In this document: positions 8,827-17,750 of the stretch, one piece after another
Layout: every line of letters starts with the position of its first letter
Numbering within the stretch: the first letter of the stretch is position 1
Assembly: GCA_045805985.1 (NCBI GenBank)
Contig: JBJMKA010000015.1
Location: forward strand, 31,843 to 95,842
Source of the DNA: Gaiellaceae bacterium
Lineage (GTDB): Bacteria; Actinomycetota; Thermoleophilia; Gaiellales; Gaiellaceae
Length of the DNA stretch: 64,000 bases
Direction: 5' to 3'
Program-made: the position numbers and the translations under genes
The notes under the pieces: model-generated
What the model was told of the DNA's origin: nothing
The model's input: only the letters and a program-made list of their open reading frames with translations
Databases searched by the model: none

Positions 8827-9869
8827 GGCTGCCGCGGTCCGTCGAGGCCGCAGAGGTCGACGGCAAGGTCGTCCTCGTCCGCTCGGACCTGAACGTGCCG
8901 CTCGAGGACGGCCGGATCGCAGATGACACGCGCATCCGGTCGTCCCTGGCGACGCTCGAGCTGCTGCTGCTGGAGCGGGGCGCGCGAGAGGTGCGCGTGT
9001 GTTCCCACCTGGGGCGGCCGAAGGGGCCGGACGAGCGCTACGCGATCGCACCGGTGCGCGAGCGGCTGCTCGAGCTCGTCGGGGACGAGCGCGTGAGCGT
9101 GCTCGAGAACACGCGCTTCAATCCGGGCGAGACGAAGAACGACGTCGGGTTCGCGCGCGAGCTCGCCGATGGTTGCGATCTGTTCGTCAACGACGCGTTC
9201 GGCTCTGCGCACCGCGCGCACTCGTCGACCGTCGGCGTCGCGGAGTTGCTGCCGGCATACGCGGGCTTGCTGCTGCTCGCCGAGCTGGAGAACCTCGGCA
9301 AGCTGCTCGGTGAGGTCGAGCGCCCGTTCGTGATCGTCTCGGGCGGTGCGAAGGTGGAGGACAAGATCGGCGTGCTCGAGAATCTCGGCTCGCATGCCGA
9401 GGACGTGCTGATCGGCGGAAAGATGGCCGAGGACGTGCGCACGGACAACCCGTTCTCGTTCGAAGCCGTGCTGCCGAAGGACGTCGTCGCGGCGTCGTCG
9501 TTCGACGCGGACGCCGAGACGCAGGTGACGCCGTTCGACTCGTTGCCCGAGGGCTGGCTCGGGCTCGACATCGGGCCGGAGACGCAGGAAGACTTCGCAC
9601 GGCGGATCGCCGGCGCGCGCACCGTCTTCTGGAACGGGCCGATGGGCGTCTTCGAGTGGCCGAAGTTCTCCGAAGGCACGTTCGCGGTCGCGCGCGCGCT
9701 CGCAGGTAGTGATGGGTTCACCGTCGTCGGCGGCGGCGACTCGGTGCGCGCCGTGCACGACGCCGGCGTCGCCGACCGCATCTCGTGGATCTCGACGGGC
9801 GGCGGCGCATCGCTCGAGCTACTCGAAGGCAAAGAGCTTCCGGGCGTGGCCGCCGTCCCCGATGCCTGA
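8823..9869 (+). CDS. pgk: Phosphoglycerate kinase
   Basis: Tail of ORF 8079..9869 from ATG 8823, with an ATGA overlap onto the gap stop. Motifs [26 protein letters not shown]. Confidence 0.95.
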   Translation: MRLPRSVEAAEVDGKVVLVRSDLNVPLEDGRIADDTRIRSSLATLELLLLERGAREVRVCSHLGRPKGPDERYAIAPVRERLLELVGDERVSVLENTRFNPGETKNDVGFARELADGCDLFVNDAFGSAHRAHSSTVGVAELLPAYAGLLLLAELENLGKLLGEVERPFVIVSGGAKVEDKIGVLENLGSHAEDVLIGGKMAEDVRTDNPFSFEAVLPKDVVAASSFDADAETQVTPFDSLPEGWLGLDIGPETQEDFARRIAGARTVFWNGPMGVFEWPKFSEGTFAVARALAGSDGFTVVGGGDSVRAVHDAGVADRISWISTGGGASLELLEGKELPGVAAVPDA

Positions 9870-9881
9870 GAGACTGAACCG

Positions 9882-10583
9882 ATGCTGATCGCCGGCAACT
9901 GGAAGATGTTCAAAGGCCCGGCCGAAGCGGGCGCGTTCTGTCGCGGCCTGCGTGACGCAGATCTGCCTGCCGAGGTCGACGTGGTCGTATGCCCGCCGTA
10001 CGTTTCGCTCGAGACCGCTGTGCAGGCGCTCGCGGGCACGGAGGTGGGGGTGTTCGCCCAGAACTGCCACTGGGAGCTCGAGGGCGCGTTCACCGGCGAG
10101 GTCTCGGCGTCGATGCTCCAGGAGCTCGGCGTGTACGGGACGCTCGTCGGTCACTCGGAGCGGCGCCAGTGGTTCGGCGAGACGGATGAAACGGTCGCGC
10201 ATCGCGTCAGGACCGCGCTCGCACAGGGTCTCCACGTGATCGCGTGCGTCGGCGAGAGCGAGGCGGAGCGCGAGGCGGGGGAGACCGATGCCGTGCTGCG
10301 CCGCCAGGTCGGCGTGCTCGAAGCCGACGACAACCTCGTGATCGCCTATGAGCCGGTGTGGGCGATCGGCACGGGCAAGACCGCGACGCCGGAGCTGGCG
10401 CAGCAGGCGCACGAGACGATCAAGTCGGTGCTCGACCTGCCGGTCCTGTACGGCGGCTCGGTGAAGCCGGACAATGCAGCCGAGCTGATGTCGCAGCCGG
10501 CGGTGGACGGCGCGCTCGTCGGCGGTGCCTCCCTCGACGTCGAATCGTTCGCCGCGATATGCCGCAACGCTTCCCTCTCATAG
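9882..10583 (+). CDS. tpiA: Triosephosphate isomerase
   Basis: GNWKM, GHSERR and AYEPVWAIGTG motifs. Confidence 0.95.
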   Translation: MLIAGNWKMFKGPAEAGAFCRGLRDADLPAEVDVVVCPPYVSLETAVQALAGTEVGVFAQNCHWELEGAFTGEVSASMLQELGVYGTLVGHSERRQWFGETDETVAHRVRTALAQGLHVIACVGESEAEREAGETDAVLRRQVGVLEADDNLVIAYEPVWAIGTGKTATPELAQQAHETIKSVLDLPVLYGGSVKPDNAAELMSQPAVDGALVGGASLDVESFAAICRNASLS

Positions 10584-12016
10584 TTTTGGTCATCCTCGAC
10601 GGCTGGGGCATCGCGCCGGCCGGCCCGGGGAACGCCGTCGAGCTCGCAGACACGCCGGTCTTCGACCGCCTCTGGCGCGACTACCCGCACACGACCATCG
10701 AGGCGTCGGGCGAGGCGGCGGGACTGCCGCCGGGCCAGATGGGAAACAGCGAGGTCGGCCATCTGACGATCGGCGCCGGGCGCCGGCTCTACCAGGATCT
10801 GATGCGCGTGAACAAGTCGATCGCGGACGGGTCGTTCTTCGAGAACCCTGTGCTGCGCGCCGCGTTCGAGCGCGGTAACCGTGTCCACTTGATGGGGCTC
10901 GTCTCACACGGCGGCGTCCACTCGCACATCGACCACGTCAAGGCTTTGCTTCGCTTCGCGCCCGAGAAGACGTGGATCCACGCATTCACCGACGGACGCG
11001 ACGTATCGCCGATCTCGGCCGTGCACGACTTGGCCGAGCTGCCGCTAGAGCGAATCGCCACGGTCGTCGGGCGCTACTACGCGATGGACCGGGACCAACG
11101 CCTCGAACGCACGGAGAAGGCGTTCGACGCGATCGTGCACAACCGCTGCACCGAGACCGTTCCTGCAAGCGACCTGCTCGACGCGGTGCAGCGCAGCTAC
11201 GACGCCGGCATCACCGATGAGTTCCTCGAGCCGATCTGCGTCGAGCGTGCGCCGCGGGTCGAGCCCGGGGACACGGTGATCTTCTTCAACTTCCGCCCGG
11301 ATCGCGGCCGGCAACTGACCCGCACACTGCTCGACCACGACCTCGACGTGACGACCATGACGCGGTACTCGTCCGATCTCGATACACCGATCGCGTTCTC
11401 GGAGCAGGACGTCGAAGGTACGCTCGCGCAAACGCTCGCCGAGCACGACGTGCGCCAGCTGCACGTGGCCGAAACCGAAAAGTACGCCCACGTCACCTAC
11501 TTCTTCAACGGGGGCCGCGAGGACGCTTGGCCTGGCGAGACGCGAACTCTCGTGCCGAGCCCGCGAGACGTCCCGAGCTACGACTTCAAGCCGGCGATGT
11601 CCGCGGATGAGGTGGCCGACAAGGTGGTCGAGCAGGTCGGTGACGGCTACGGGTTCTGTGTCGTCAACTTTGCGAACCCCGACATGGTCGGCCACACCGG
11701 CTCGATCCCGGCGGTGGTCGAGGCGGTGCAGACCGCCGACCGCTGCCTGGGCCGGATCGTCGAGCGCGTGACCGAGCTCGGGGGCGTCTGCCTCATCACC
11801 GCCGACCACGGGAACGCGGAGAAGATGCTCGAGGAGGACGGCGTCAGCCCGCACACCGCCCATACGACGAACCCCGTCCCGCTGATCGTGACGATCTCCG
11901 GCGCGACCCTCGCGGCAGGCGGCGAGCTGGCCGATCTGGCGCCGACTGCCCTGCAATTGCTGGAAATCGAGGCGCCCGTGCAAATGACTGGGAAGCCTCT
12001 CGTAAACCCTGCGTAA
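10559..12016 (+). CDS. gpmI: 2,3-bisphosphoglycerate-independent phosphoglycerate mutase
   Basis: Tail of ORF 10358..12016 from ATG 10559 (MPQRFPLIVLVILDGWG). Motifs GNSEVGH and ADHGNAE. Overlaps the tpiA 3' end by 25 nt. Confidence 0.93.
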   Translation: MPQRFPLIVLVILDGWGIAPAGPGNAVELADTPVFDRLWRDYPHTTIEASGEAAGLPPGQMGNSEVGHLTIGAGRRLYQDLMRVNKSIADGSFFENPVLRAAFERGNRVHLMGLVSHGGVHSHIDHVKALLRFAPEKTWIHAFTDGRDVSPISAVHDLAELPLERIATVVGRYYAMDRDQRLERTEKAFDAIVHNRCTETVPASDLLDAVQRSYDAGITDEFLEPICVERAPRVEPGDTVIFFNFRPDRGRQLTRTLLDHDLDVTTMTRYSSDLDTPIAFSEQDVEGTLAQTLAEHDVRQLHVAETEKYAHVTYFFNGGREDAWPGETRTLVPSPRDVPSYDFKPAMSADEVADKVVEQVGDGYGFCVVNFANPDMVGHTGSIPAVVEAVQTADRCLGRIVERVTELGGVCLITADHGNAEKMLEEDGVSPHTAHTTNPVPLIVTISGATLAAGGELADLAPTALQLLEIEAPVQMTGKPLVNPA

Positions 12017-12058
12017 GGCCGGCTTTTAGGACCGAGAAGGGGGCTATACTCCGCTCCC

Positions 12059-12640
12059 TTGCCTCTCCCACAGCCTGACCTGGCGGTCCTCCGGAAGGCC
12101 CAAAAAGGTGACGAGCGTGCGTTCGCGATCATCCTTCGCACCTACGAGACGCCGGTCTACAACTACGTGCTCCGGCTGACGAACGGCGACAAGGCTCTGG
12201 CCGAGGATCTGACGCAAGAGGTCTTCCTCCGCGTGTTCCAAGGACTGCCTCGCTTCTCGCTGCGCTGCAAGTTCACGACGTGGCTCTTTCAGGTGACGAA
12301 GAACAGGGTGCTCGACGAGCTTCGCGCCAAGGAGCGCCGGCCGCTCAACCCGATCAACCTGGACGACGCCCCGCAGCTCGAGGCGCTCGACCAGCCGGTC
12401 GAGCGCGCCGAGGCGATCGACGCGCTGTGGCACGCGATCGACGGCTTGCCCGTCGACCTGAAGATGGCGCTGCTGCTCCGTGACGTTGTCGGGCTCTCCT
12501 ACAACGAGATCGCGGATTCGCTCGAGGTCACGCTCGCGACCGTCAAGTGGCGGATCTTCAAGGCACGCGAAGACGTTCAGCTGGCGCTCGCCCGCGAGGG
12601 CATCACCTTCGGCAGCGCCGCCGACGCACAAGCTCTTTAG
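12059..12640 (+). CDS. ECF-type RNA polymerase sigma factor
   Basis: Sigma region 2 (AEDLTQEVFLRVF) and region 4.2 HTH (LSYNEIADSLEVTLATVKWRIFKARE). TTG start is inferred and uncertain. Confidence 0.85.
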   Translation: MPLPQPDLAVLRKAQKGDERAFAIILRTYETPVYNYVLRLTNGDKALAEDLTQEVFLRVFQGLPRFSLRCKFTTWLFQVTKNRVLDELRAKERRPLNPINLDDAPQLEALDQPVERAEAIDALWHAIDGLPVDLKMALLLRDVVGLSYNEIADSLEVTLATVKWRIFKAREDVQLALAREGITFGSAADAQAL

Positions 12641-12680
12641 GCGTCAGCCTCTTTAAGACTCCCTTAAGACGTCGGCCTCT

Positions 12681-13598
12681 CTAGCGCGAGTAGGTCTTCA
12701 GCCAGGCGCTGAGGTTGCGTGCTTGTTGCGCAGGCGTCGTCGCGTGCGGCACCGGCTCGACGCGCGCCCGTTGCTTCCCGCCGCCGGCCGTTGTCACCGC
12801 GAGCGCAGCCACGATTGCGGCCGCCGCGCCTGCCGCCAGGAGCTTGGAACGTGTTGCGAACCGTGGCCGGTGCTCCGTGCGTGTCGGGCCTAGGACTCGC
12901 GTCGCGTCGATTTGCGTCACACCGACTTGCGTGACGCCGAGCGTCGAGGCGACCTCGTCGGCCGACGGCCGTGACCGGAGATCGTGCGCACGCATGCGGT
13001 CGAGCAGCGCGCGGTCATCGGCAGTGGCGTTCTCCAGCAGCTCGTCGAACACAACACCGAGCGAGTAGACGTCCGCCTCCGTCCCGACGACCCGCCCCTC
13101 CGCCTGCTCCGGCGAGAGATAGCGCATCGTGCCGAGGACGGTGCCGATCTGCGTGACCATCGTCTCCTCGAGCGCGCGCGCGATTCCGAAGTCGGCGATC
13201 TTCACTTCGCCGCCGTCCGAGCGGAGGAGGTTCGCGGGCTTGAGATCACGGTGCACGACGCCGCGGCCGTGCGCATGCGCGAGCCCGGCGGCGACCGTGC
13301 CCGCCTCCTCTCGCGTCAGCGAATCGCCCTCGAGCGTTCCGCCGGTCAGGAGCTCCATCACGATGCACGGAAGCCCGCCAACCTCGGTGATGTCGTAGGT
13401 CTGGACGAGGTTCGGATGGTGCAGCTTCGATGCGATGCGCGCCTCACGAAGGAAGCGCGCTCGGAACTCCGGATCGCCGGCGAGATGCTCTGCGAGCACC
13501 TTTAGTGCGACCGGCCGCCCCAGCTGCTCGTGCCAACCGGCGTAGACGATCGCCATTCCGCCGCGTCCGATCTCCGCGTCGATGCGGTAGGTGCTCAA
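12681..13598 (-). CDS. Membrane-anchored Ser/Thr protein kinase
   Basis: ORF 12681..13838 trimmed to TTG 13598 (LSTYRIDAEIGRGGMA). Motifs HRDLKPANLL, DFGIA, SPEQ. C-terminal TM helix (LLAAGAAAAIVAALAV). TTGA overlap with the upstream gene's stop. Confidence 0.85.
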   Translation of the reverse strand: MSTYRIDAEIGRGGMAIVYAGWHEQLGRPVALKVLAEHLAGDPEFRARFLREARIASKLHHPNLVQTYDITEVGGLPCIVMELLTGGTLEGDSLTREEAGTVAAGLAHAHGRGVVHRDLKPANLLRSDGGEVKIADFGIARALEETMVTQIGTVLGTMRYLSPEQAEGRVVGTEADVYSLGVVFDELLENATADDRALLDRMRAHDLRSRPSADEVASTLGVTQVGVTQIDATRVLGPTRTEHRPRFATRSKLLAAGAAAAIVAALAVTTAGGGKQRARVEPVPHATTPAQQARNLSAWLKTYSR

Positions 13599-13990
13599 TC
13601 CTTGCCTCTGCCCTTGCCGTGGTGCTCGTGCTTGTCCTTCTTCCCGTGTCTGGGGACGGTCGTGATTGTGGACGGCGTCGTCGCGGCCGGAACCGCCGGG
13701 AGGCAGGGCGGCGTCAGTGCAACGAGCCCGTTCACACCCGACGACAACGGGTCCTGCAGCGCGGAGGGGACCTTGTGCGCGTTGATGAGCTTGATCCTGA
13801 GCGCGCCGAGCGCCCGGATGTCCCGCGCCTGGGCACACGGCGCCTCGCGCGAGATCCGGTCGGCGAGCGTGATCAGCGGCGCTGCATCCTCGCGCGCCAG
13901 GTGTGGTGTCCCGCCGCCGTCGCAGCCGGCGAGCAGCACGGCGGCGACGGCGGCGAGGACGCCGACACTACGACGAGGTCTCGTTCGGAT
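13595..13990 (-). CDS. Putative lipoprotein without a canonical start codon
   Basis: Track ORF 13595..13939 starts at GTG inside the h-region. The frame stays open upstream and reads (I)RTRPRRSVGVLAAVAAVLLAGCDGGG, a textbook lipoprotein signal. The only candidate starts are ATC 13990 and ACG 13984; GAGGAGG lies at 13997..13991. Lys/His-rich C-terminus. Confidence 0.5.
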   Translation of the reverse strand: MRTRPRRSVGVLAAVAAVLLAGCDGGGTPHLAREDAAPLITLADRISREAPCAQARDIRALGALRIKLINAHKVPSALQDPLSSGVNGLVALTPPCLPAVPAATTPSTITTVPRHGKKDKHEHHGKGRGKD

Positions 13991-14468
13991 CCTCCTCGGA
14001 CGCGAGCTCCAGGGAGGCCTTGCGCACCGTGTCGAGGTGGCGCTTCTGGATCGGCAGCGCCCAGTCGACGAGCTGGGAAACCTCGCTTCTGCGTGCGCGC
14101 TCGTTGAGGGTGCCGAGGATCTCCCAGTGGCCGACCTCGCCGGCCTCCGCCATCGTCAAGAACTCGAAGCCGTCGAGCGCATCGGACGCCTCATCGAGGT
14201 ACGTCTTCATCATCTGCTGTGCCTTCTGCTTTACCTCGCGCGCCTCGTCGAGGATGGCCGTCTTCTTGCCCTCGAACAAGCCCGCGACCTCGGTTCCGCG
14301 GTCTTCGGTCTCTTTCGCCTCGTCGCGCATGCGGTCGAGCTTGCGCACGAGGTCGTCGTTGCCGTCGTCCTTCGCCAGCCTGGTCACCTTCTGGCCGGCT
14401 TCCTGCGCCGCCATCGCGAGACCCACGACCTCGCCGAGCTTCGACTCGAGGTTCGTCAACTCCGCCAT
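13968..14468 (-). CDS. Ferritin-like/four-helix-bundle protein (YciE/DUF892-like), function unknown
   Basis: Full ORF with strongly helical, charged sequence. MAEAGEVGHWEILGTL resembles the YciE-type EHxE segment. The family call is from memory only. Confidence 0.6.
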   Translation of the reverse strand: MAELTNLESKLGEVVGLAMAAQEAGQKVTRLAKDDGNDDLVRKLDRMRDEAKETEDRGTEVAGLFEGKKTAILDEAREVKQKAQQMMKTYLDEASDALDGFEFLTMAEAGEVGHWEILGTLNERARRSEVSQLVDWALPIQKRHLDTVRKASLELASEEDPNETSS

Positions 14469-14485
14469 CGTTCAACCCCTCCTTC

Positions 14486-15214
14486 TCAGACGCCGCGCGC
14501 GAGTCGGGCCGCCAGGTCCTCGGGGAGGCCCGCCGCCCGCATCTCTGCCTGCGTCTCTTCGATCGGATACGGAATACGCCGGAAAGCTGCCCGTCCCGTG
14601 TCGATGTCAATCAAGAGCCACGCGGCGCGCGGATCGCTGTCCCTGGGCTGCCCGACCGAGCCGGGATTGATCAGCCAGCGGGCGCCGGAGGTGTCGAGCT
14701 CGGTGCCGCCGCGGGCGAGGCCCCCGTCCAGCCGGTCGCCGTCCCACGAAAGCGCCAGCGCGAGATGGCTGTGGCCGACGAGCACGATCGGTGCGCTCGT
14801 CAGCTCGAAGTTCTCGAGCGCGACCTCCTCGGTGAGCACGTACTCCCATACCGGATCTCGTGCGCTGCCGTGGTACAGCTCGAGCCCGGCGCGCGTCGCC
14901 GACGGTTCCAGCGTCCGCAGCCACGCGGTCTGCTCCTCGCCGAGCGCGCCCTCGGTCCAGTGGGCCGACTTGCTGGCGAGCGGGCCGAAGTCAGACGTGT
15001 CGAGCTTGCCGATCGCTGCGAGATCGTGGTTGCCGACGAGCACGACAGCCGCCCGCTCGCGCACGATGTCGGCACACTCGTTCGGCCTCGGCCCGTACCC
15101 GACGGTGTCGCCTAGGCACCAGATCTCGTCAGGCGCCTCGACGTCGATGTCGGTCAGGACCGCCTCGAGGGCGTGAAGATTGGAATGAATGTCGGAGATG
15201 ACCGCGATGCGCAT
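14486..15214 (-). CDS. Metallophosphoesterase (calcineurin-like, YfcE/Ap4A-hydrolase-like)
   Basis: ORF 14486..15259 trimmed to ATG 15214 (MRIAVISDIHSN). Motifs GDTVGYG, GNHD, GHSH. Confidence 0.85.
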   Translation of the reverse strand: MRIAVISDIHSNLHALEAVLTDIDVEAPDEIWCLGDTVGYGPRPNECADIVRERAAVVLVGNHDLAAIGKLDTSDFGPLASKSAHWTEGALGEEQTAWLRTLEPSATRAGLELYHGSARDPVWEYVLTEEVALENFELTSAPIVLVGHSHLALALSWDGDRLDGGLARGGTELDTSGARWLINPGSVGQPRDSDPRAAWLLIDIDTGRAAFRRIPYPIEETQAEMRAAGLPEDLAARLARGV

Positions 15215-16412
15215 CAGGAAGGCCGCCACGCTAGCGGTGGGGGCAGGGCTGTGGTGCACCTCTGCGTGGCTACTGGCCCGGACGAGCGTGCCTTCGCTCG
15301 AGACCTCGGGTCTCGATCCCCACCCATACTTCTCGCAGCGTTCGCTCGACCGGGCCGCAAGCTACACGCGCGGCGTTGAGCTGCTGTGGCTCCTGAGCAC
15401 CGCCGCGACGCTGGTGGCGTTCGTCGTGCTCGCCTGGCGCCTGCCGCCGAGGGTGCGGTCGATCGGGCTCGGACGGATCGGGAGCGCGGTGATCGTCGGG
15501 ATGGTGCTGATCGTCGGGCTGTGGTTCGTCGCGCTGCCGTTCAGCCTGGCTGACCTCTGGTGGCAGCACCACTGGGGACTTGGCCCGTTCGACATTCTCG
15601 CGTGGCTGAGCGGCCAGTGGGCGATGCTGGCGCCGGCGGCGGTCTCGGCGCTTGCGACGATCGTGCTGCTCGTCGGCTTGGCGGGCCGCTTCCGCCGTTG
15701 GTGGCTCGTTGCGACGCCGATCGTGGTCGCGATCGCGGCGCTCTTCGCGTTCGTCTCCGGTTGGTTGCTCGCGGCCTCGGCCCACCCGCTGCGGAATCAG
15801 CAGCTGGCAGCAGACGCGCGGCGCCTGGAGCGGATTGAGCACGTGACCGGCACGCCGGTCAGCGTGCAGGACGTTTCGACGTGGACCGACCAGCCGAACG
15901 CCTACACCGTGGGCTTCGGGCCCTCGACGCACGTGATTCTCTGGAACACACTGCTCGACGGACGCTTCACCCGCGGCGAAGAGACGGTCGTGATCGCGCA
16001 CGAGCTCGGGCACGTGCGCAGCCGCCACATCGTCAAGGGGATCGGCTGGGCGGCGCTCGACGTGCTGCCGATGCTCTGGATCCTCGCGCTTGTCACGCGG
16101 CGCCGCGGCGGCGTCGGCGACCCGGCGAACCTGCCGCTCGTCATTCTCGTGCTGACGGTGCTCGGGCTGCTGACGGCGCCGCTTCAGAACGTCGTCTCGC
16201 GCCGCTACGAGTCCGAGGCCGACTGGCGGGCGCTGGACGCCACGCGCGATCCTGCCTCCGCGCGCAAGCTGTTCCAGTCGTTCGAGCGCACGAGTCTCGA
16301 GGACCCGGCCCCGCCGACCTGGGACTACCTCTGGCTGCAGACCCACCCGACGCTGGCGCAGCGCATCGCGATGGTCGAGCAGTGGAGGAGCCGCGCCGGG
16401 CGAGCGGGTTGA
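15207..16412 (+). CDS. M48 family (Ste24/HtpX-like) membrane zinc metallopeptidase
   Basis: ORF 15189..16412. Multiple TM helices and HELGH zinc motif (VIAHELGHVRSRH). ATG 15207 is preferred (GGAG 9 nt upstream); ATG 15189 and 15198 are possible. Confidence 0.85.
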   Translation: MRIRKAATLAVGAGLWCTSAWLLARTSVPSLETSGLDPHPYFSQRSLDRAASYTRGVELLWLLSTAATLVAFVVLAWRLPPRVRSIGLGRIGSAVIVGMVLIVGLWFVALPFSLADLWWQHHWGLGPFDILAWLSGQWAMLAPAAVSALATIVLLVGLAGRFRRWWLVATPIVVAIAALFAFVSGWLLAASAHPLRNQQLAADARRLERIEHVTGTPVSVQDVSTWTDQPNAYTVGFGPSTHVILWNTLLDGRFTRGEETVVIAHELGHVRSRHIVKGIGWAALDVLPMLWILALVTRRRGGVGDPANLPLVILVLTVLGLLTAPLQNVVSRRYESEADWRALDATRDPASARKLFQSFERTSLEDPAPPTWDYLWLQTHPTLAQRIAMVEQWRSRAGRAG

Positions 16413-16413
16413 G

Positions 16414-16707
16414 CTAGCGGTCGTCGGTCTCGGGCAGGTCCTGGATGCCCTTGACCGTCGTGTACTTCGAGTAGGCCTCCTGCAGCGCGGCGAGCAGCTC
16501 GCCCGCGAACTGCTGCGACATGTTGACCCGCGAGACGACGACGCCCGGGACGTCGCCCTCCTCGACCTCGTGGTCGATGCGCGCGAAGGTGAGCGTGAAC
16601 TCGTAGTCCGAGAACGTGATGTTCGCGAAGTTCGCATAGACCCCGGCCAAGTGCTGCGGATCCATGTGGATGTTGAGCTGGCGCTCGGGAAGGCCGTCGT
16701 CCATCAA
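16414..16707 (-). CDS. DUF3467-like small protein
   Basis: 97-aa ORF. VYANFANITFSDYEFTLTFARI matches my recollection of DUF3467. Good codon bias. Confidence 0.65.
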   Translation of the reverse strand: MMDDGLPERQLNIHMDPQHLAGVYANFANITFSDYEFTLTFARIDHEVEEGDVPGVVVSRVNMSQQFAGELLAALQEAYSKYTTVKGIQDLPETDDR

Positions 16708-16727
16708 ACGCCACGATACTAGAGCCC

Positions 16728-17750
16728 ATGAAGGGCGACGGGTTCACACGCCGCGAAGTCGCGATCCTGGTAGCCGCCGTCATCGTCGTCTTCACCGGCG
16801 GCACCCTCGGGTTCATGAGCTTCCTGGGGGAGTCCTGGCACGAGGCCCTCTACCGCACGATCGTCACCGCCTCCCTCACGGGCCTCGACTCGACGCCTCA
16901 CGGCCTGAAGGCCGAGCTGCTGACGATCGCGATCGTCCTCTCCGGCGTGGCTATCTTTGGCTACTTCGCCGCGCAGATCTTCGATTCGATCGCGCACAGC
17001 GTCATGGGCGGGGCCTGGAGGGAGAAGAAACGCCGCAAGATGATCGACGAGCTTCGCAATCACATCATCGTCTGCGGCTACGGCCGGGTCGGCCGGCGCG
17101 CGGGGGAGGAGCTGCGCGAGGCCGGAGTCCCATACGTCGTGCTCGACTTCGGCGAGGAGGCGCTCGAGCATGCGCGGGAGGACGACGTGCTGTTCGTCGA
17201 CGGCAGCGGCTCGGAGGACGAGGACCTCGTCAAGGCGGGAATCGATCGCGCGCGCGGCATCCTCGTGGCCTCCGACGACGACGGCGACAACCTCTACATC
17301 ACGCTGTCGGTCAAGGCTCGCCGCCCGGACCTGATCGTCATCGCGCGGGGCTCGAGCGAGGAGGCGGAGCGCAAGCTGAAGCTCGCGGGCGCCGACCGCG
17401 TCGTCACGCCGTACACGACGGCCGGTCGCGTGATGGCCCAGCTGATGATCAAGCCGCAGGTCACGTCGTTCGTGAACGCGATGACATCGTCGGAGGCGCC
17501 CGACCTGAACTTCGAGGAGATCGAGGTCACCTCGAGCTCCGGCGCCGCGGGCCGGACGATCGGCGCGCTCAACATCTCGTCGCAGACAGGCGCGAACATC
17601 GTCGCCGTACGCAAGCTTGGCGGCGCGCTCGAACTGCGCCCGACGAAGGAGACGCTGCTCGAGGAATCGGACGTGATCGTCGGGCTCGGCTCGCCCGCCG
17701 AGATCAGAAAGCTCGAAAAGATGTTCGAGCCGCGGGATCTTCTTGGGTAG
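16728..17750 (+). CDS. Two-TM ion channel with RCK (TrkA-N/TrkA-C) domains and a non-canonical pore
   Basis: N-terminal TM-pore-TM. Rossmann motif IIVCGYGRVGRR. C-terminal TrkA-C domain. Filter position reads TASLTGLDS instead of TVGYGD. Confidence 0.85.
   Translation: MKGDGFTRREVAILVAAVIVVFTGGTLGFMSFLGESWHEALYRTIVTASLTGLDSTPHGLKAELLTIAIVLSGVAIFGYFAAQIFDSIAHSVMGGAWREKKRRKMIDELRNHIIVCGYGRVGRRAGEELREAGVPYVVLDFGEEALEHAREDDVLFVDGSGSEDEDLVKAGIDRARGILVASDDDGDNLYITLSVKARRPDLIVIARGSSEEAERKLKLAGADRVVTPYTTAGRVMAQLMIKPQVTSFVNAMTSSEAPDLNFEEIEVTSSSGAAGRTIGALNISSQTGANIVAVRKLGGALELRPTKETLLEESDVIVGLGSPAEIRKLEKMFEPRDLLG

Noticed and set aside
12641-12680. A/T-rich 40-bp spacer between the convergent sigma and kinase genes, with TTAAGAC and CCTCT(T)TA(A)G repeats.
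   Set aside because: It supports only a weak 6-bp A/U-rich hairpin. The repeats are short and imperfect. It is probably just a convergent termination zone.
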